The position numbers and the translations under genes were made by a program. Below, one piece after another: positions 40,419-53,623 of a stretch of 64,000 nt of DNA (positions are counted from its first letter, which is position 1; every line of letters starts with the position of its first letter). Source of the DNA: Vicugna vicugna (taxonomy: Eukaryota); contig MU058687.1 of NCBI GenBank assembly GCA_013265495.1, positions 310,001 to 374,000 on the forward strand, in the 5' to 3' direction. The notes below the pieces were generated by a model that searched no databases, had not been told where the DNA came from, and worked only from the letters and a program-made list of their open reading frames with translations.

Positions 40419-41650
40419 GTATCCTTTTATCTTTTTCTGAACTCTGCTCATGCTTAAAAAAAAAAAAAAAAAGAAAACTGGGGGTGAGGAATCATTAATT
40501 CAGTCATACTAAAATGGAAAGAAACTTTGTTATTTTATTATTTTGGAGAATTGGTGTAGTTTGGTGATCAACTGAATGTATAGAGGGAGACTGTACGATG
40601 ACTCAGAAGTTTCTTGTTTGGGAAATCAAGTGGTGTCATTGACTAAGATAGTGCACGCAGGAAGAACAGGGGGATGGTAGGAGGATGGTAGGTCTAGTTT
40701 GTGCCTGTTGATGTTGAGGTTTCACAGGGACACTTAGGTGGATGTGTCCTTTAGAGAATTAGAAACAGGAATCCAGGATTCTAGAGAGATTTGGTGTGAA
40801 ATACGTAGTTTTAGTCCTTACCAGCATTCAGGAAATATATAAAACAATGGGCATGGATTCTTTGATTCAAGAGTAGTCTGGAGCATAAACAGAAAAGAAG
40901 ACAAATCTAGGACCCTGAAAAAAAATTTAAGAGGGTAACAATGAGAAGGAGCTACTGGAGAAAGAAAAACAGTGAGGGTGGTGGGGAGCCAAGGGAGGAA
41001 ACATTTTTAAAGAAGAAAAGTTACTAAATCATGCCAAATCCCACACAATGGGCCAGTGAGGTGAGGACTGAGAAGTATATGTCTGGTGAACTAGCAAGAG
41101 CTACTGTTATTGAGGTAGTAGAGATAGAGCCCAGAGTTCAAGAGATGAGGAGTGGATGGCAGGTGAGAAGATATATACACAAGTTAGAAGTTAAGAAACT
41201 TCAAGAAATGTGACTTTGAAGGAACAGGTGAGAAGGTGATATTTAGAGGAGTACTTGGGATTTTCTACTCTTCTAAAAAATAAAGATGGAAGAGAATTGA
41301 GTTTAGACAGATTTAAATGCTGAAAGGGAGGCTGTAATGTGGCGGCTAGGGAGGAATAGGTTGAAGATGGGAGAGAGGAGATGAAGGATTGGACTGGAAT
41401 CTTAGAGCTGAGGGTTAGCCTGGTTGCTAGGAAAGACAGCTTTGCCTCTGAAACAGGAGAGGGTAAGCTAAAGACCAGCCTATCAGCTGGGAGTGGAAAG
41501 GTGATAACCTAATCTTGTATGAGAACAGAAGCTTGAGGTGAGAGGTCAAAGTCTGGAATAGCTGATTCAGGACACAGAGAGTTTCTGAGCCAGGGTGGAT
41601 CAAAGGATTACTTGATAGCTAATTTTCATATATTCTCTTGTTTCTTCCAG

Positions 41651-41842
41651 GTCTGGGCTCTTCAGCCGAACACTTAGTATTTGTACAAGATGAGGCAGAG
41701 GATTCAGGGAATGATTTCCTCTCCAGTGAGAGCACGGACAGTAGCATTCCATGGTTCCTCCGGGTTCAGGAGTTGGCCCATGACAGTTTGATTGCTGCTA
41801 CTCGTGCACAGCTGGCAAAGAACGCAAAAACCAGCAGCAATG
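41651..41842 (+). CDS. ZNF410: ZNF410 coding exon 4 (GLGSSAEHLVF...IPWFLRVQELAHDSLIAATRAQLAKNAKTSSN)
   Basis: ttccag|GT...G|gtgaga; 192 nt. Confidence 0.96.
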
Positions 41843-42433
41843 GTGAGACTCCTGTGGCATTTTCCTTTCCACTGTTGTGTGCAGAGATTTTGGTAATAAA
41901 ACGGCTGTATTTTGAGTTGCATATAATCTGAATTACTTTACTGGGGAGAGCAAAAGCTAGAAATGTGTAAATTGTCTTAGTTTCCATAGAGTAACTCAGC
42001 TGTGCCAGATTCACATGTAGAACCAACTAAACTAGCATTCTCAATTGTCAGCTTTAAATAATGTATTGAGCCCCTTTTGAAGGAAAAATTTTTTGCAGAT
42101 TTCAGTGTTATCTTGAATTGTTTTTATTGTAATGTTCTACACCTAGAGCTTTTACAGCATTATGAAATTATAACAGTTTTATCAATTAATACAAATAAAG
42201 CTCCAGAACCCATGAGAATAAAATTGTCAGCATGGCAAGTGATGATGTTTTGCTGAAATTAAATTGCTGCTCATGGCAGTTTAGCAATTAGCAGCTACCA
42301 TAGTTCTCCTTTTTTTGTGAGGGGTTGTGAGGAGGAACCAATTCATTAGAAGACCCCTAAATATCCAAGTAGGGTATAATATGGTTTCTTTTGAGTTCAG
42401 CATGCCTGTACTACTTACTCTGTGCCACTTTTT

Positions 42434-42549
42434 CTTTTCTTTTTCTGTATAATTTTTATTATTATTTTTTTTAATGAAAGTACTGGGGATTGAACCCAGG
42501 ACCTCACGCATGTTAAGCATGGGCTCTACCACTGAGCTATACCCTTCCC
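42434..42549 (-). mobile_element. tRNA-derived SINE (Vic-1-like) with TSD
   Basis: TSD CTGTGCCACTTTTT at 42420-42433 and 42550-42563. Confidence 0.9.
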
Positions 42550-44792
42550 CTGTGCCACTTTTTCTTTATTCAGTAATTTTCAGTGTGGTCCCTGGATCAT
42601 TAGCATCAACGGTAATTTAGAAATGTAAATTCTTAGTGAAGAATTTCTTGCATTTACATCATCTTACTGAAGCAGAAATTTGGAATTTTTTAGTAAGCCC
42701 TCTTTATGGTTATGAGCATGTTAAATCTTAAGGACTGTGGCTCTATTCAAACCACTCCCACACCATTGCAAAACCTTTGCTTGTGTAGTATGCCATAATA
42801 CCTTTTGTTTTAGATCTTCCTCTGTATTTCTTCATTTAATCTGTGACAATTAAGGTTATACCACAAATTATTAAGGTAAGGTACATACTGTCATCCCCAC
42901 AAATGATCACTTCCATCTAAGTTGATTGAGATACAGAAATATTTTAATTTTATATGTGATGCTGTATATCAGGGGTCAATAAAGGGCCAAATAACCACCT
43001 GTTTTGTTAACAAAGTTTTATCAAAACATAGGCATGCCCTTTAATTACACATTGTCTATGGCTGTTACTGTGGCAAAGTTGAGTAATTGTGACAGAGACC
43101 ATATGGCCCTCAAAGCCAAAAATATCTGCTATCTGACCCTTTACAAAAATATCTGCTATCTGACCCCTGCTCTGTACAGTGCTCTCACTGGAAATTTTAT
43201 CCCAAATGCAAAGACGTTACCCACATAACTGTAGGATCTTTAAAGTGTTTACAGTATTATCCAACAGGTAGAAATATGAGGTATGGAGTTTCTTTGTCTA
43301 GCTCACTCTTTTTTTTTTTTTGGAGCTAGTTCATCAGATGACCTCTAAATATCCAAAACTGTCATTGACTGAGGTCATTTTAAGCTAATCTATCTTCTGC
43401 AAACAGTGCTTTGGGTTTTTTTTTTTTTTTTTTAAGTGACTTAGGGAACACTCCTTTGAGAGATTTTATAAGGACTCATATACAAGGCAGCTCACTCTTT
43501 TCTGAGGGATTTTTTTTTTCTGTTTTATGGTTATATCAGTGTTCTCATTGTATCTACAAAATTGAATGTAGAAAGCTCCAGCTGTCACTGGTTTAAATCT
43601 TGAATTAGCGTGGGGTTTCTACAGAGCTTTCATTAGAAATTAATTAGCTGAGCTCTGGAGTTGGTGGGAAATTTCTTTTACAATATATGCAGTTCTGTGC
43701 TGTTTAAATTTTACCCCCTTCAATTAAACAAATAAAAACTATGTGGAACAATATTAAAAAAGAACAAGTTAATTAATATTAACAGCGGGAGAACATAGGG
43801 CAGGAAGAGAATAAGATTAATAGATGGGACAGAAGCTGCCTTTTATCAACTGTCAGTTTCCAAGGAGTGTGTAGGTATAACGTATTATCTTACTCTTGGC
43901 TTTTGAGAGGGATTTATATTTGGAAATATCAATCTTACTCCTGGTATATGTGAAGTGAAAAAATAAACTCCATATGCTTATAGCAGATTTAAGTGGTTGT
44001 GAACATTTTTCTCTAGTGATGTCCAACTGTGTCCTGAAGAAAATGAAAGGATGCACCACCTACTAATCTGAAATTTATTTTAAGTTTTAGTTAATTGATG
44101 TCATTTAACTTTAAGGGAGGCACTGCACTGTATGCTCCTCTCCTCCCCTTGTTTTAGTCTTTTGGACAAAAAACTTAAGCAGGTATTATCTCTGACTTTT
44201 AAAAATATGGTTAGAAATTTTAAAATCATCTGAGGTTTTGCATTCTTAAATATTTTGTAACAAAGGAGGGTTAGAAATTAGAAGGTTATTCTTATTTTTT
44301 AGAATGATAGAAACCTATAAATTGCCTTCAGAAGATAGAAATCTAAGAATGGCCATCTGCAAAAGAAATTACTACTGTAAGTTCACTACTAAGCCAGACT
44401 AGCTGCTCCTCCTTAAAATACAAGTTTTTATTACCTAGAACTTTAAGTCATCTTGTGTAGCACCTCACTCTGGGTGTTGGTATATCTACTTTCTCACTAA
44501 TTTGTAATGTAAAATAGGTTTAACTGTGCTTTTTGATATGAAACCATTTTGGACATTTCTTAACACTTGCCAAAGAGTCGTAGTCTTGTGAAACAAAGCA
44601 AGGTGGCTTTTGGTAGTTCTCTGGAGTAAGAAGATGGGGGTGTGGAGCACTCTCACTTCTGTTGTTAAATGGATACAAAGAGACCTGGGTAAGATGAAGA
44701 TAGATATCTGATTAATGAGTGTCTTTATTGTTTGAACCAAAGTATCTGAGTGGAATCTTTCCCTAGATTACAAATATGTGACTCTGTTACAG

Positions 44793-44943
44793 GAGAAAAT
44801 GTCCACCTTGGTTCTGGTGATGGGCAACCCAAAGATTCTGGGCCCCTTCCTCAAGTGGAGAAGAAGCTCAAGTGCACAGTTGAAGGTTGTGACCGGACAT
44901 TTGTGTGGCCAGCTCACTTTAAGTATCACCTCAAAACTCATCG
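44793..44943 (+). CDS. ZNF410: ZNF410 coding exon 5, C2H2 finger 1 (CTVEGC...HLKTH)
   Basis: ttacag|GA...CG|gtgagc; 151 nt. Confidence 0.96.
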
Positions 44944-45442
44944 GTGAGCAAATCCTAGATTCCATACTTGGAGCTCAGGAACATTAATGCTTCCAGAGGA
45001 ACTTGTCCCCTAACTTGACAAATTAAAAGAAAGCAGGGGCTCCAGATCACTTGTGGTTAAGATGTTTTTGTTCTTTAATAGAAAACATTTGCATTATGTC
45101 ATTTACCCCATTCTTGACAAATACTTAATAAGACATCTGGCACCTAAATGTCTTAAAGCAAGAGTTCTCAAACCTCTTTATAAAGCATAATTTCTTGGAG
45201 AACTTAAAAAAAAATACATAAGCTTAGACTCCATGCTAAACCTATGAAATCAGCATTTCAAGAAGTGGGGCATCTGTAATTTTAACAAAGTTCAAGTGAT
45301 TCTGTTACATCCAGTTTGGTATTTGTTGTCTGTCTTGAGACTAATAGGAGATTTGACTTGTCCTCTCTAGTAGAGAGCATTTTCAGGTATTGTTGCATAT
45401 GTGATTCTCTTTTTTTTTCTTTTCTTTTTTTTTTTTTCCCAG

Positions 45443-45624
45443 AAATGACCGCTCCTTCATCTGCCCTGCAGAAGGTTGTGGGAAAAGCTTCTATGTACTG
45501 CAGAGGCTGAAGGTGCACATGAGGACCCACAATGGAGAGAAGCCCTTTATGTGCCCTGAGTCCAGCTGTGGTAAGCAGTTCACTACAGCTGGAAACCTGA
45601 AGAACCACCTGCGCATCCACACAG
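45443..45624 (+). CDS. ZNF410: ZNF410 coding exon 6, C2H2 fingers 2-3
   Basis: cccag|A...G|gtgtgt; 182 nt; FICPAEGCGKSFYVLQRLKVHMRTH NGEKP FMCPESSCGKQFTTAGNLKNHLRIH. Confidence 0.96.
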
Positions 45625-47061
45625 GTGTGTGCAACCCCAGCATTCCTGCAGGCAGTCTACTGCTTGGTTCAGCGCTTGCTGGCTGTCCTTAGGAAAGGCT
45701 CTGAGGTGTGACTAGACTTGAAGGTTGGGGTTGTTCCTAGAACTCTGAAGATGGAATTTGCTTTCTTCAAATGCCTCATGGCACTTTTCAGTTCTTCCAA
45801 TAACATTTGTCACCTCTGTGTTGGACAGTGTTGATTTCTGCCTCTAGGAAAGGAATATAAGACCTCTGATAACAATGATATGATGAGATACAGACAAAAA
45901 TGAGTCTTTCTAGAGATTTTTGAACATTGCACAGTTGTAATTTTAGTCATTAACATTTATTGACTCATATAAACCGCACAGACCCTGTTTCAGGCACTAA
46001 ATGGGGTAAGGTGAGGGGAAATACAAAAACTAAGATTAATTCCTGGCTTAAGAGTTTACTTTCTTGTTAGAGCCTCACAACCTGAGAAACAGAATGGGTA
46101 AGTCACTTGTTCTGGGTCAAACAACATATTAATATTAAAGGAGCAAAGTAAAGATACCTGACTTCTTAATCTAAAAGTTTAAAGGTGACTTTCCAAGCCA
46201 CTGGGCTGAGCTGTGCTAAGTTTCTTGCTGGAGCTTAATCACTGAACCCAGACTACTACCTTAGGATATATAATTATTCTTCCCCACTTTCTTGCCACTT
46301 TTTCTTTCTCTTCTTTGTTTATTCATGCATTGCTAAAATGACAGAAAGTACAATTAAATGGCATTTAAAAAGTGAAACCTAAGCAGAAGCACATTTGTTT
46401 CAGGCATGTCTGTATGATTACTTCTAGATTGACATTACCACTGGATGTGTTTTAGAGCAGAATAGCTCTGTTCTCAGCTCTTTCTTTAAAGAGTAAATTG
46501 TATTGGTCCAAGAGAGCAGTTTGAATAAGAGAATAGGAAAACCACATATCTGAATAGATAAGGAAAGTAGTAGAGGTCACTATGCCTTATTAAATTCAGT
46601 AACCTCTTCATTTTTGTGCTGCTCATTATCTTTGTAGCATTTGATAAAACTGAACAATCTTTTTCAAATGCTTTCTTTTATTCAGAGTATGATGTCATTT
46701 TCTCTCTTCATTCTGACTCTTGCTCTCTCTCTCCCTTGTTAATCTCCTAATTGTTGACCAATTTCAGAATTTCAGGTTTCTCCGATTTTACCCAGTGTGC
46801 TGTCTCATTGCAATCTAGGCGTCAATTTAATCATTTTTTCCTGGATGCCTCACAGATCTGAACCTCAATATTAATATAATAGTAAAAGTTAGCATTTATT
46901 GAGGTAATTTGATATGTGCCAAGCACATGTACATTGTTTTTCATTTAATCTTCAAGATATCTTTCTCCTTTAGATACTGTGTTTATTGACAGAGAAACAA
47001 AGATTAGAGAGTTCAGTAACTTGCCCAACATTATGCTGCTAGGAAATGGCAGAGCTGGGAT

Positions 47062-47118
47062 TTTTTTTTTAAACTTTTTTTATTGATTTATAATCATTTT
47101 ACAATGTTGTGTCAAATT
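47062..47118 (-). mobile_element. Very short L1 3' tail insertion within a MIR
   Basis: TSD AGAGCTGGGAT at 47051-47061 and 47119-47129; body matches the tail of the L1 at 9793-9855. Confidence 0.8.
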
Positions 47119-47929
47119 AGAGCTGGGATGTTAATTCTGATATGACTCCAGAGCTCTTCTAAGGATTTTATTTTCAAATGTCTACAACTCATTTTATCTC
47201 GTGTCAAAACTGACCTCACATCTTTATTAGTAGTAACAATAGTAATTCAGTTTTACTGCCAATTTTAGTGGCTTCCTATGAGGACTTACTGTGTGCCAGG
47301 CACTATGCTTAATATATTTAACCTGTATTATTTCATTTAATCCTCAAAGTAATCTTTTGAGGTTGTATTACATTAATTTTATAGATAAAAAGCTGATTCT
47401 CAGATTAAATATCTTTCCCATACTAATAAGTGGTAGTGCCAAGATTTGAAGTCAGGGTTAACTGGCTTGTGCTCTTAACTATTATGCAGCATTGCCTCTT
47501 GAACCTCCTCTTCTTCTATGTCCTTTTATCTCAACAAAATCAGCATCCTCTCTGTTTCCAAATAGAAAGTCAGCTTGATGCAGAGGTTCATGCCGCTAGA
47601 TTCTGATGCATATTTTTGGAAAGCCCCTTTTTCTAAGATTCTCAAGTTCATCTTGCTAAACATTTAACCTTGTTTATTAACTGGAATTTTCTGTTTTCCT
47701 AACATTTATTCTGTCATGTACATGAGTATATTGTTCATTCATTTGGTAACTTTTTGAGTGCCTAGTCAGTGTGAGTATACAGATATGCTTTCAAAAGTTA
47801 CAGACCACTGGAAAATCAGAAACATTAGGCTGTGTGGTACAGTCTGAAAGAACAGTATCATCTAGAGCTGTGCTGCTCCCTCCTTCAAGGCCCAGCTCCC
47901 GTGTCGTCACCATGCCCACCTTACTTGCC

Positions 47930-48937
47930 GAATTTCTTGTTTCTGTTTTACTCTCTCACAGTATGACACTCATAACAGTTCTGACACCAGATGTGTTTTT
48001 CCCGACACCACGCAATTCTCTGCAGCACCAGCTGGGTGTCTCCAGTGTAACTCAGTTCTGACACTGTCTGGAGATAGCATCAGATCCCAAGGTTAAGAAC
48101 TCAGTCCACAATACTGCCACCCACTTCAGATGCCAGTTGTAATAGCAGGTCTCCAAGTAATACACAGCTTCTGTCTGACTTGGCTACCAACTGGAGGTTC
48201 CCACAACCCTCCCTTTTGGATTTGATTATTTCCTAGAACAGCTCACAGAACTCAGGGAAAAGCTTACTGTTTACTAGTTTATTATGTGATAAAGGATACA
48301 GATGAACAGCCAGGCGAAGAGATACATAGGGTGACATTTGGAAGAGGCACAAGTGCAGGAGCTTCTGTCCCTGTGGAGTTGAGGTGTGCCACTCTACCGG
48401 CACGTGGACGTATTCACCAATCCAGGAGCTCTCTGAACCCTGTACTTTGGGGATTTTTATAAGGGTTTCATCACATAGACATGATTGATCATTAACTCGA
48501 TTTCCAGCCCCTCTCTCCTCTCTGGAGAATGAGGGGTAGAGCTGAAAATCCCAAGCTGCTGCTGCTTTTTTTTTTTTTTTTCCCAAGCTTCTAATCCTGA
48601 TTTGGCATTCTGGTGGCCAGCCCCCATCGAGGAGCCCAGCAAGAGTCACCTCATTAGAGCAAAAGACACTGCTGTCACCTAGGAAATTCCAAGGGGTTTA
48701 GGAACTCTGTCAGAAATCATGGTCCAAGACCAAATACCGGAACAAAAGATGATCCTATTGCTCTTATCACTTAAAAAATTACAAAAGTTTTAAGAGCTTT
48801 GTATCAGGAACTGGTATCTAAGAGCAAATGTTAGAACAAAAAAAATTCTCCTAGCATCCCTATTTACTAGGATTTACTAGGGTTTCCTGTGTCAAGAACC
48901 ACAGACAGAGACCAAAATGCATACTTATTATTTCACA
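47930..48937 (-). mobile_element. MER21-family solo LTR
   Basis: Reverse complement of MER21 consensus blocks, including the internal tandem units near 48660-48930; ends ...TTATTATTTCACA. Confidence 0.85.
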
Positions 48938-49611
48938 GTTGTCATTTTCTGAACTTGCTCTTGGCACTCTCAGTTTCAAGGCTGTGCTCATATTAGTCTT
49001 GTGCCTGAAATTTCCTTTCCTTGTCATCTTGTAAATTCAGCTTAAATTCAGCTTCTTTTAAAAATTATCGCAATAATAATTCCTCCCCTTTTTAAATGCC
49101 ACTTTTTTTTGTACAGGAATTTGTATTAAAGTTACTTATGAATACATTTATCTTTTACTACATTGTGACCCTTGGAAGATAGGAACTTCATGTCTGATTT
49201 TTTTCACTTTTTATTTTGTAATAATTATGGACTCATGAGAAGTTGCAAAAAGAGTACAGAGAGTTCTGTATGTGCTTTACCCAGCTTCCCCACAAAGTGC
49301 CGTCTTGCGTAGTCATAGTACAACATCAAAATTGAAAAGTCACCAGTACTGTCAGTCTACAGGCCTTATTCAGTTTTTACCATGCATCTTTGATTTTTAA
49401 AATAACAAAGTAATACTGTAGAAAATCCAAATTACAGAAAAACACAAAAAAGAAAATGAATCATCCTTAATACCACTGTCCGGATATAACTACTGTTAAC
49501 ACATTGTTACAGATTTTTTTCTGCGTGCTTCTGACTAAACACCTGTTTTTGTTTGCTTTATAAAATGGAACTATGTAATATCTATTTTATAACTTCTAAA
49601 AATCTGCACTT

Positions 49612-49731
49612 TTATTATTTTGTTGTTGTTGGGGGAGGTAATTAGATTTTCATTTGTTTATTTTAGTGGAGGTACTGGAAATCAAACCCAGGACCTCGCG
49701 CATGCTAGGCACTGAGCTATACCCACGCCCC
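49612..49731 (-). mobile_element. tRNA-derived SINE (Vic-1-like) with internal deletion
   Basis: GGAGGTACTGG...AACCCAGGACCTCGCGCATGCTAGGCACTGAGCTATACCC; flanking CTG(C/T)ACTTT. Confidence 0.82.
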
Positions 49732-50124
49732 TGTACTTTAAATGAATCTAGAAACTGAATCTTAAAGAGAATTGATGTAAAAATCCTAAGAGCATATGCG
49801 GTGTTAATCTTGATATCCCCCAAAGGGATGAGATCACTGCAGAAGGTAGTTCAGTGTAGCTGGGGCTCAGCACTTAGTCAGGAAAGAGAAGGAAATACGA
49901 TGCTCAGAGGCAGCCACTCTAAAGAAAAGAGCAGGGCTGTCTGGAGGGCTGTGTACTAGGCGATCACTGAGACGTGACACCTGCTAGATACCCTGGTTGA
50001 AATTACGTAGCATGAATTCAAGAAATCAGAGTAAGCCATTGGAAACAGGAAAAGATTGATGGGAAAAGAGAATGATAGTTAATTCATCAGAAGACTGACT
50101 TTTTATCTCATTTTCTGTCTCTAG

Positions 50125-50214
50125 GAGAGAAGCCTTTCCTCTGTGAAGCCCAAGGATGTGGCCGTTCCTTTGCTGAATATTCTAGCCTTCGAAAACATTT
50201 GGTGGTTCACTCAG
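50125..50214 (+). CDS. ZNF410: ZNF410 coding exon 7, C2H2 finger 4 (FLCEAQGCGRSFAEYSSLRKHLVVH)
   Basis: ctctag|GA...G|gtacta; 90 nt. Confidence 0.96.
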
Positions 50215-52617
50215 GTACTAGAACCTGTTCCATTCATAAATTTCAGGGAAGGTGGAGAGCCAAAGGAGTAAAAGGTTAGGATAGTGGTATAAAGAAATCT
50301 AAAAAGAAAGAAACTGTTCATTGTAAAGTTTCCTCCTCATCATGACAGAATCAGAAATCAAGGCCCTTGGTACTTGTATTCAAAGGGTTGTATAGTGAGG
50401 GAGGGTGGAATCTAATTGTTATTATTTTCAACTGAGCCATTGAACTGCTTTCTAATCCAGACCTTTTTTTGAGGAGATTAACAAATTTATTTGGCACTAC
50501 TGTGGGTGCTTTATAAGTTACTTCAGATATGGCCCATGAAGGTTATTCAGAGCAAAGTCTTGCCAAGGCAGGGGTGAACTCAAAGTGGAGAGATTCTAGA
50601 ATGGAATCAGGTAATTGTTCAAGTGGCTAGCCATGGAAAGCAAAGGGAAACCAGAAAGGGAGGAACAGAGAGAAGGAACTGGAAGTTATTTATGATGAAG
50701 ACAGCAAAGCAGTTCTGTGGGAGCAAGGGAGTTGGAGAGGTGTAATCAGTCAGGGATGAGGAATTTCAGAGCTGAGATCCTAGGGTGGAGCAACTTTTTT
50801 TTTTTTGTGATGGCGATTCTAAGCAGAAGTGACAAACTGATAGCCTGTGGATTAGATGTGGACTTCCCAGTGTGTTTTGCTTGGCTTGTAGAGTGTTTCT
50901 GTTTTCTTTATTTTACTATGTAAAATTATGTCAAATGTAGTAAAAGTAGAGGAAAAAAATGCTTTTTTTACGTAATAATAATACTATTATCGTACCTGTC
51001 AAAATTAACAATAACTCCTTGGCTTTATCTCAGACCTGGTCTATGTTTAAATTCTTTCCAGTTGACTCAGAAATGTCTGTTCAAGTGGGTTTATTTAAAT
51101 CAGGATCCAACAGGGTCCTGTTGTTGTATTTGTTAGTAAGTCTTCTTGAATCTAGATCTGTCTACACTTAAATTTTTTTTTCATGCTGTAGACTTACTGC
51201 ACAACAGAGTCAACCAGGTACTGTAGTTCATCCCATATTTCAGGTCATTTAACTTGTTCCCCTATATTTCCTATAAATAGAAGTAAGCCCTAAAAGCCTC
51301 CGCTTTTGACAATGATATGTTATAGGTGGTTGTATGTGTTTCATTTAACGTCACAGTAGGAGGTACACGGTGTTTGGTTGTCAAAACTGATCTGTTGGTT
51401 CAGGTGGTAATACCCTTGAACACCATTGTAAAGTTCCCTAGCAACCTTTTGCCTTATGGTTTCATCTCTGAATGATGCCTGAATTCATTATTTCATTAGA
51501 ACTGTGAAATGGTGATTTTTCTGATTCTGTTATTCATCCACATTCATTAACTGGAATTCTTCTCTATAATGAGTCTCACTAGGGCTGTTTGGTAATTTGC
51601 ACAGGAAAGGCAAGATAAATGTGTAATTCTTTCAGTTGTGTTTTCAGAATAAGATACTGTGTTCTGGTTACTTCTAGTAGTGTCAGATAAGTGGCATTTT
51701 CATTGCTTTTTTCCTCTCAGTATTGTATTGAATTCATGGATTTCTGTATATTCACTGTATTTCAATTGATTGCAGTTATTTTTCAACAGCTTTTGGACCT
51801 ATAATGCATATACTTTAAAATTCACCCATTGTAAGTATACACATCAGTGATTTTTAGAAAGTATGTAGAAATGGACAGTCATCACCACAATCCAGTTTTA
51901 GAACACTTGTGTCACACCACAAAGGTCCTTTGTGCCCCTTTGCTGTCAGTTCCTCCTCCCACCCAGATCCAGACAGTCATTGGCCAGCTTTCTGTCTCTG
52001 TAGATTTTGCCTCTTCTGTGAATTTTCTGGCCATTTCACCTAATTTTTGCTACCTACTAATCCCCTGTAGGCATGCATTTTTTACCCTCCTTTGGGTGTG
52101 GCTGTCTAAGTAGGTGGAATGGAGATTGAGGGTTTCAGACTTCAGGACTTAGGGGATAGTTCAGATCATTGTATAAAAGAACCACCAGTGCGAATGTTGA
52201 AGACTGAGAGTTGTGGCAGGATTGGAATCCAGTGTTGGAATCCTTGAGGATAGTACATGTCCTAGAGGTCATGGAAAACTATCTGAAAAGGTAAGTCAGT
52301 ATTCTGTGTGGCTGCCATTATCTTATACCAAAGAGATTGTTTTGTGAAAGCAGCACTACAGTGGGTCTGGAAAGAACTGGAGGCTGGGAGTAGTGAGTGT
52401 TCTAAGCCTTCTTGGTGTACTCTTCTGGCCTTCTCCCGTGTGCTGAAAGTTGAGAGAGAGGCTGAGGGGAGTTGCAGAATGGGAGAAGGACCAGCCTCTT
52501 AATGTTTAGTTTAGCATCCTCTGGGCTTCTTCATGTAGGGCTTGAATCCATTCTCTTGCTGTCAGAAATGTACCCTGTCTTTTTGGTTACCCTGTCTTAA
52601 CCTGGTGCATGTTTCAG

Positions 52618-52743
52618 GAGAGAAGCCTCATCAGTGTCAAGTCTGTGGGAAGACCTTCTCTCAAAGTGGGAGCAGGAATGTGCACATGAGAAAGCATCAC
52701 TTGCAGATGGGAGCAGCTGGGAGTCAAGAGCAGGAACAAACTG
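52618..52743 (+). CDS. ZNF410: ZNF410 coding exon 8, C2H2 finger 5 (HQCQVCGKTFSQSGSRNVHMRKHH)
   Basis: tttcag|GA...G|gtaagg; 126 nt. Confidence 0.96.
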
Positions 52744-53482
52744 GTAAGGAGAAGAGGGTGGAGTGGAGGACTATATTTTGGGGGTTCAAAAGCCAATTAA
52801 CTGGCCTGTCTGATAGGGAAATTTTCTGTCTTTTGGGTAGAGAGACTGGTCTCATGTAACCGACTAGTGGTTTCCAAATGTAGCTGTACAGTAAAATCGT
52901 TTGCAAGCTTTAAAACATGTATTTTGTATTGCTTGTCCACCACCCTCCCACCCCCACCACCCCATCCTGCTGAGCAAAACAGCCAATAAAGGAGATTACT
53001 TGGGAGCAAAATCCAGAGTCTATAGTTTTAAAAGTTCTCCTAGTAAGTTTGATGGTAACTAGTGCTGATCTATGAACCAGCATTTGAGTATCACCGTGAT
53101 TAAGATTTTTGTATGACAAGGAAGTTTTTTACTTTCATGACTCCTTTTTTTTACCCTAACTTAATACATTTTTATTATTCCTTTCCCATCTTTCCTTAAT
53201 CAGTTATTCTATTTCAAATACTCCTTTCTAAGGATGCATCCATCCCATTTCATATGTTAATTATCCAGATGCTGATCACAAGCAAGGATATTTATCCATG
53301 AGGCTCAACTCTCCCTTCTAGGTTTATTTTTGCTTTCCAAAAGTAAGTGAAATAGGAGGTGGCATCCAAGATACAGGTTAACTTCGAGTTCTGAAAGAAA
53401 AAGCCAGCTTCCTGTGAAGGAAAACGGGGACCAGGCATAGCCTTGACTGCTGTATGTCTTTCACATCCTATTCTCTGTGCAG

Positions 53483-53623
53483 CTGAGCCACTAATGGGCA
53501 GTAGTTTGCTTGAAGAGGCTTCAGTAACCAGTAAAAACCTGGTGTCTATGAATTCCCAGCCCAGCCTTGGTGGAGAGCCCTTGAACCTACCAAATACCAA
53601 TTCTATCCTAGGAGTAGATGATG
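53483..53623 (+). CDS. ZNF410: ZNF410 coding exon 9 (AEPLMGSSLLEE...ILGVDD)
   Basis: gtgcag|CT...G|gtaaga; 141 nt. Confidence 0.95.

Noticed and set aside
43115..43168. Short tandem duplications here and near 3887, 8975, 34108, 48863, 49033 and 60138
   Set aside because: Ordinary slippage duplications in introns or repeats with no evident consequence
44765..44792. Upstream alternative acceptor ccctag before ZNF410 coding exon 5
   Set aside because: Would add 26 nt and shift the frame; no independent support
51229..51239. CATCCCATATT, a near match to the ZNF410 motif CATCCCATAATA (possible autoregulation)
   Set aside because: Single imperfect site inside an L1-like repeat; ZNF410 acts through dense motif clusters and none was seen in the window
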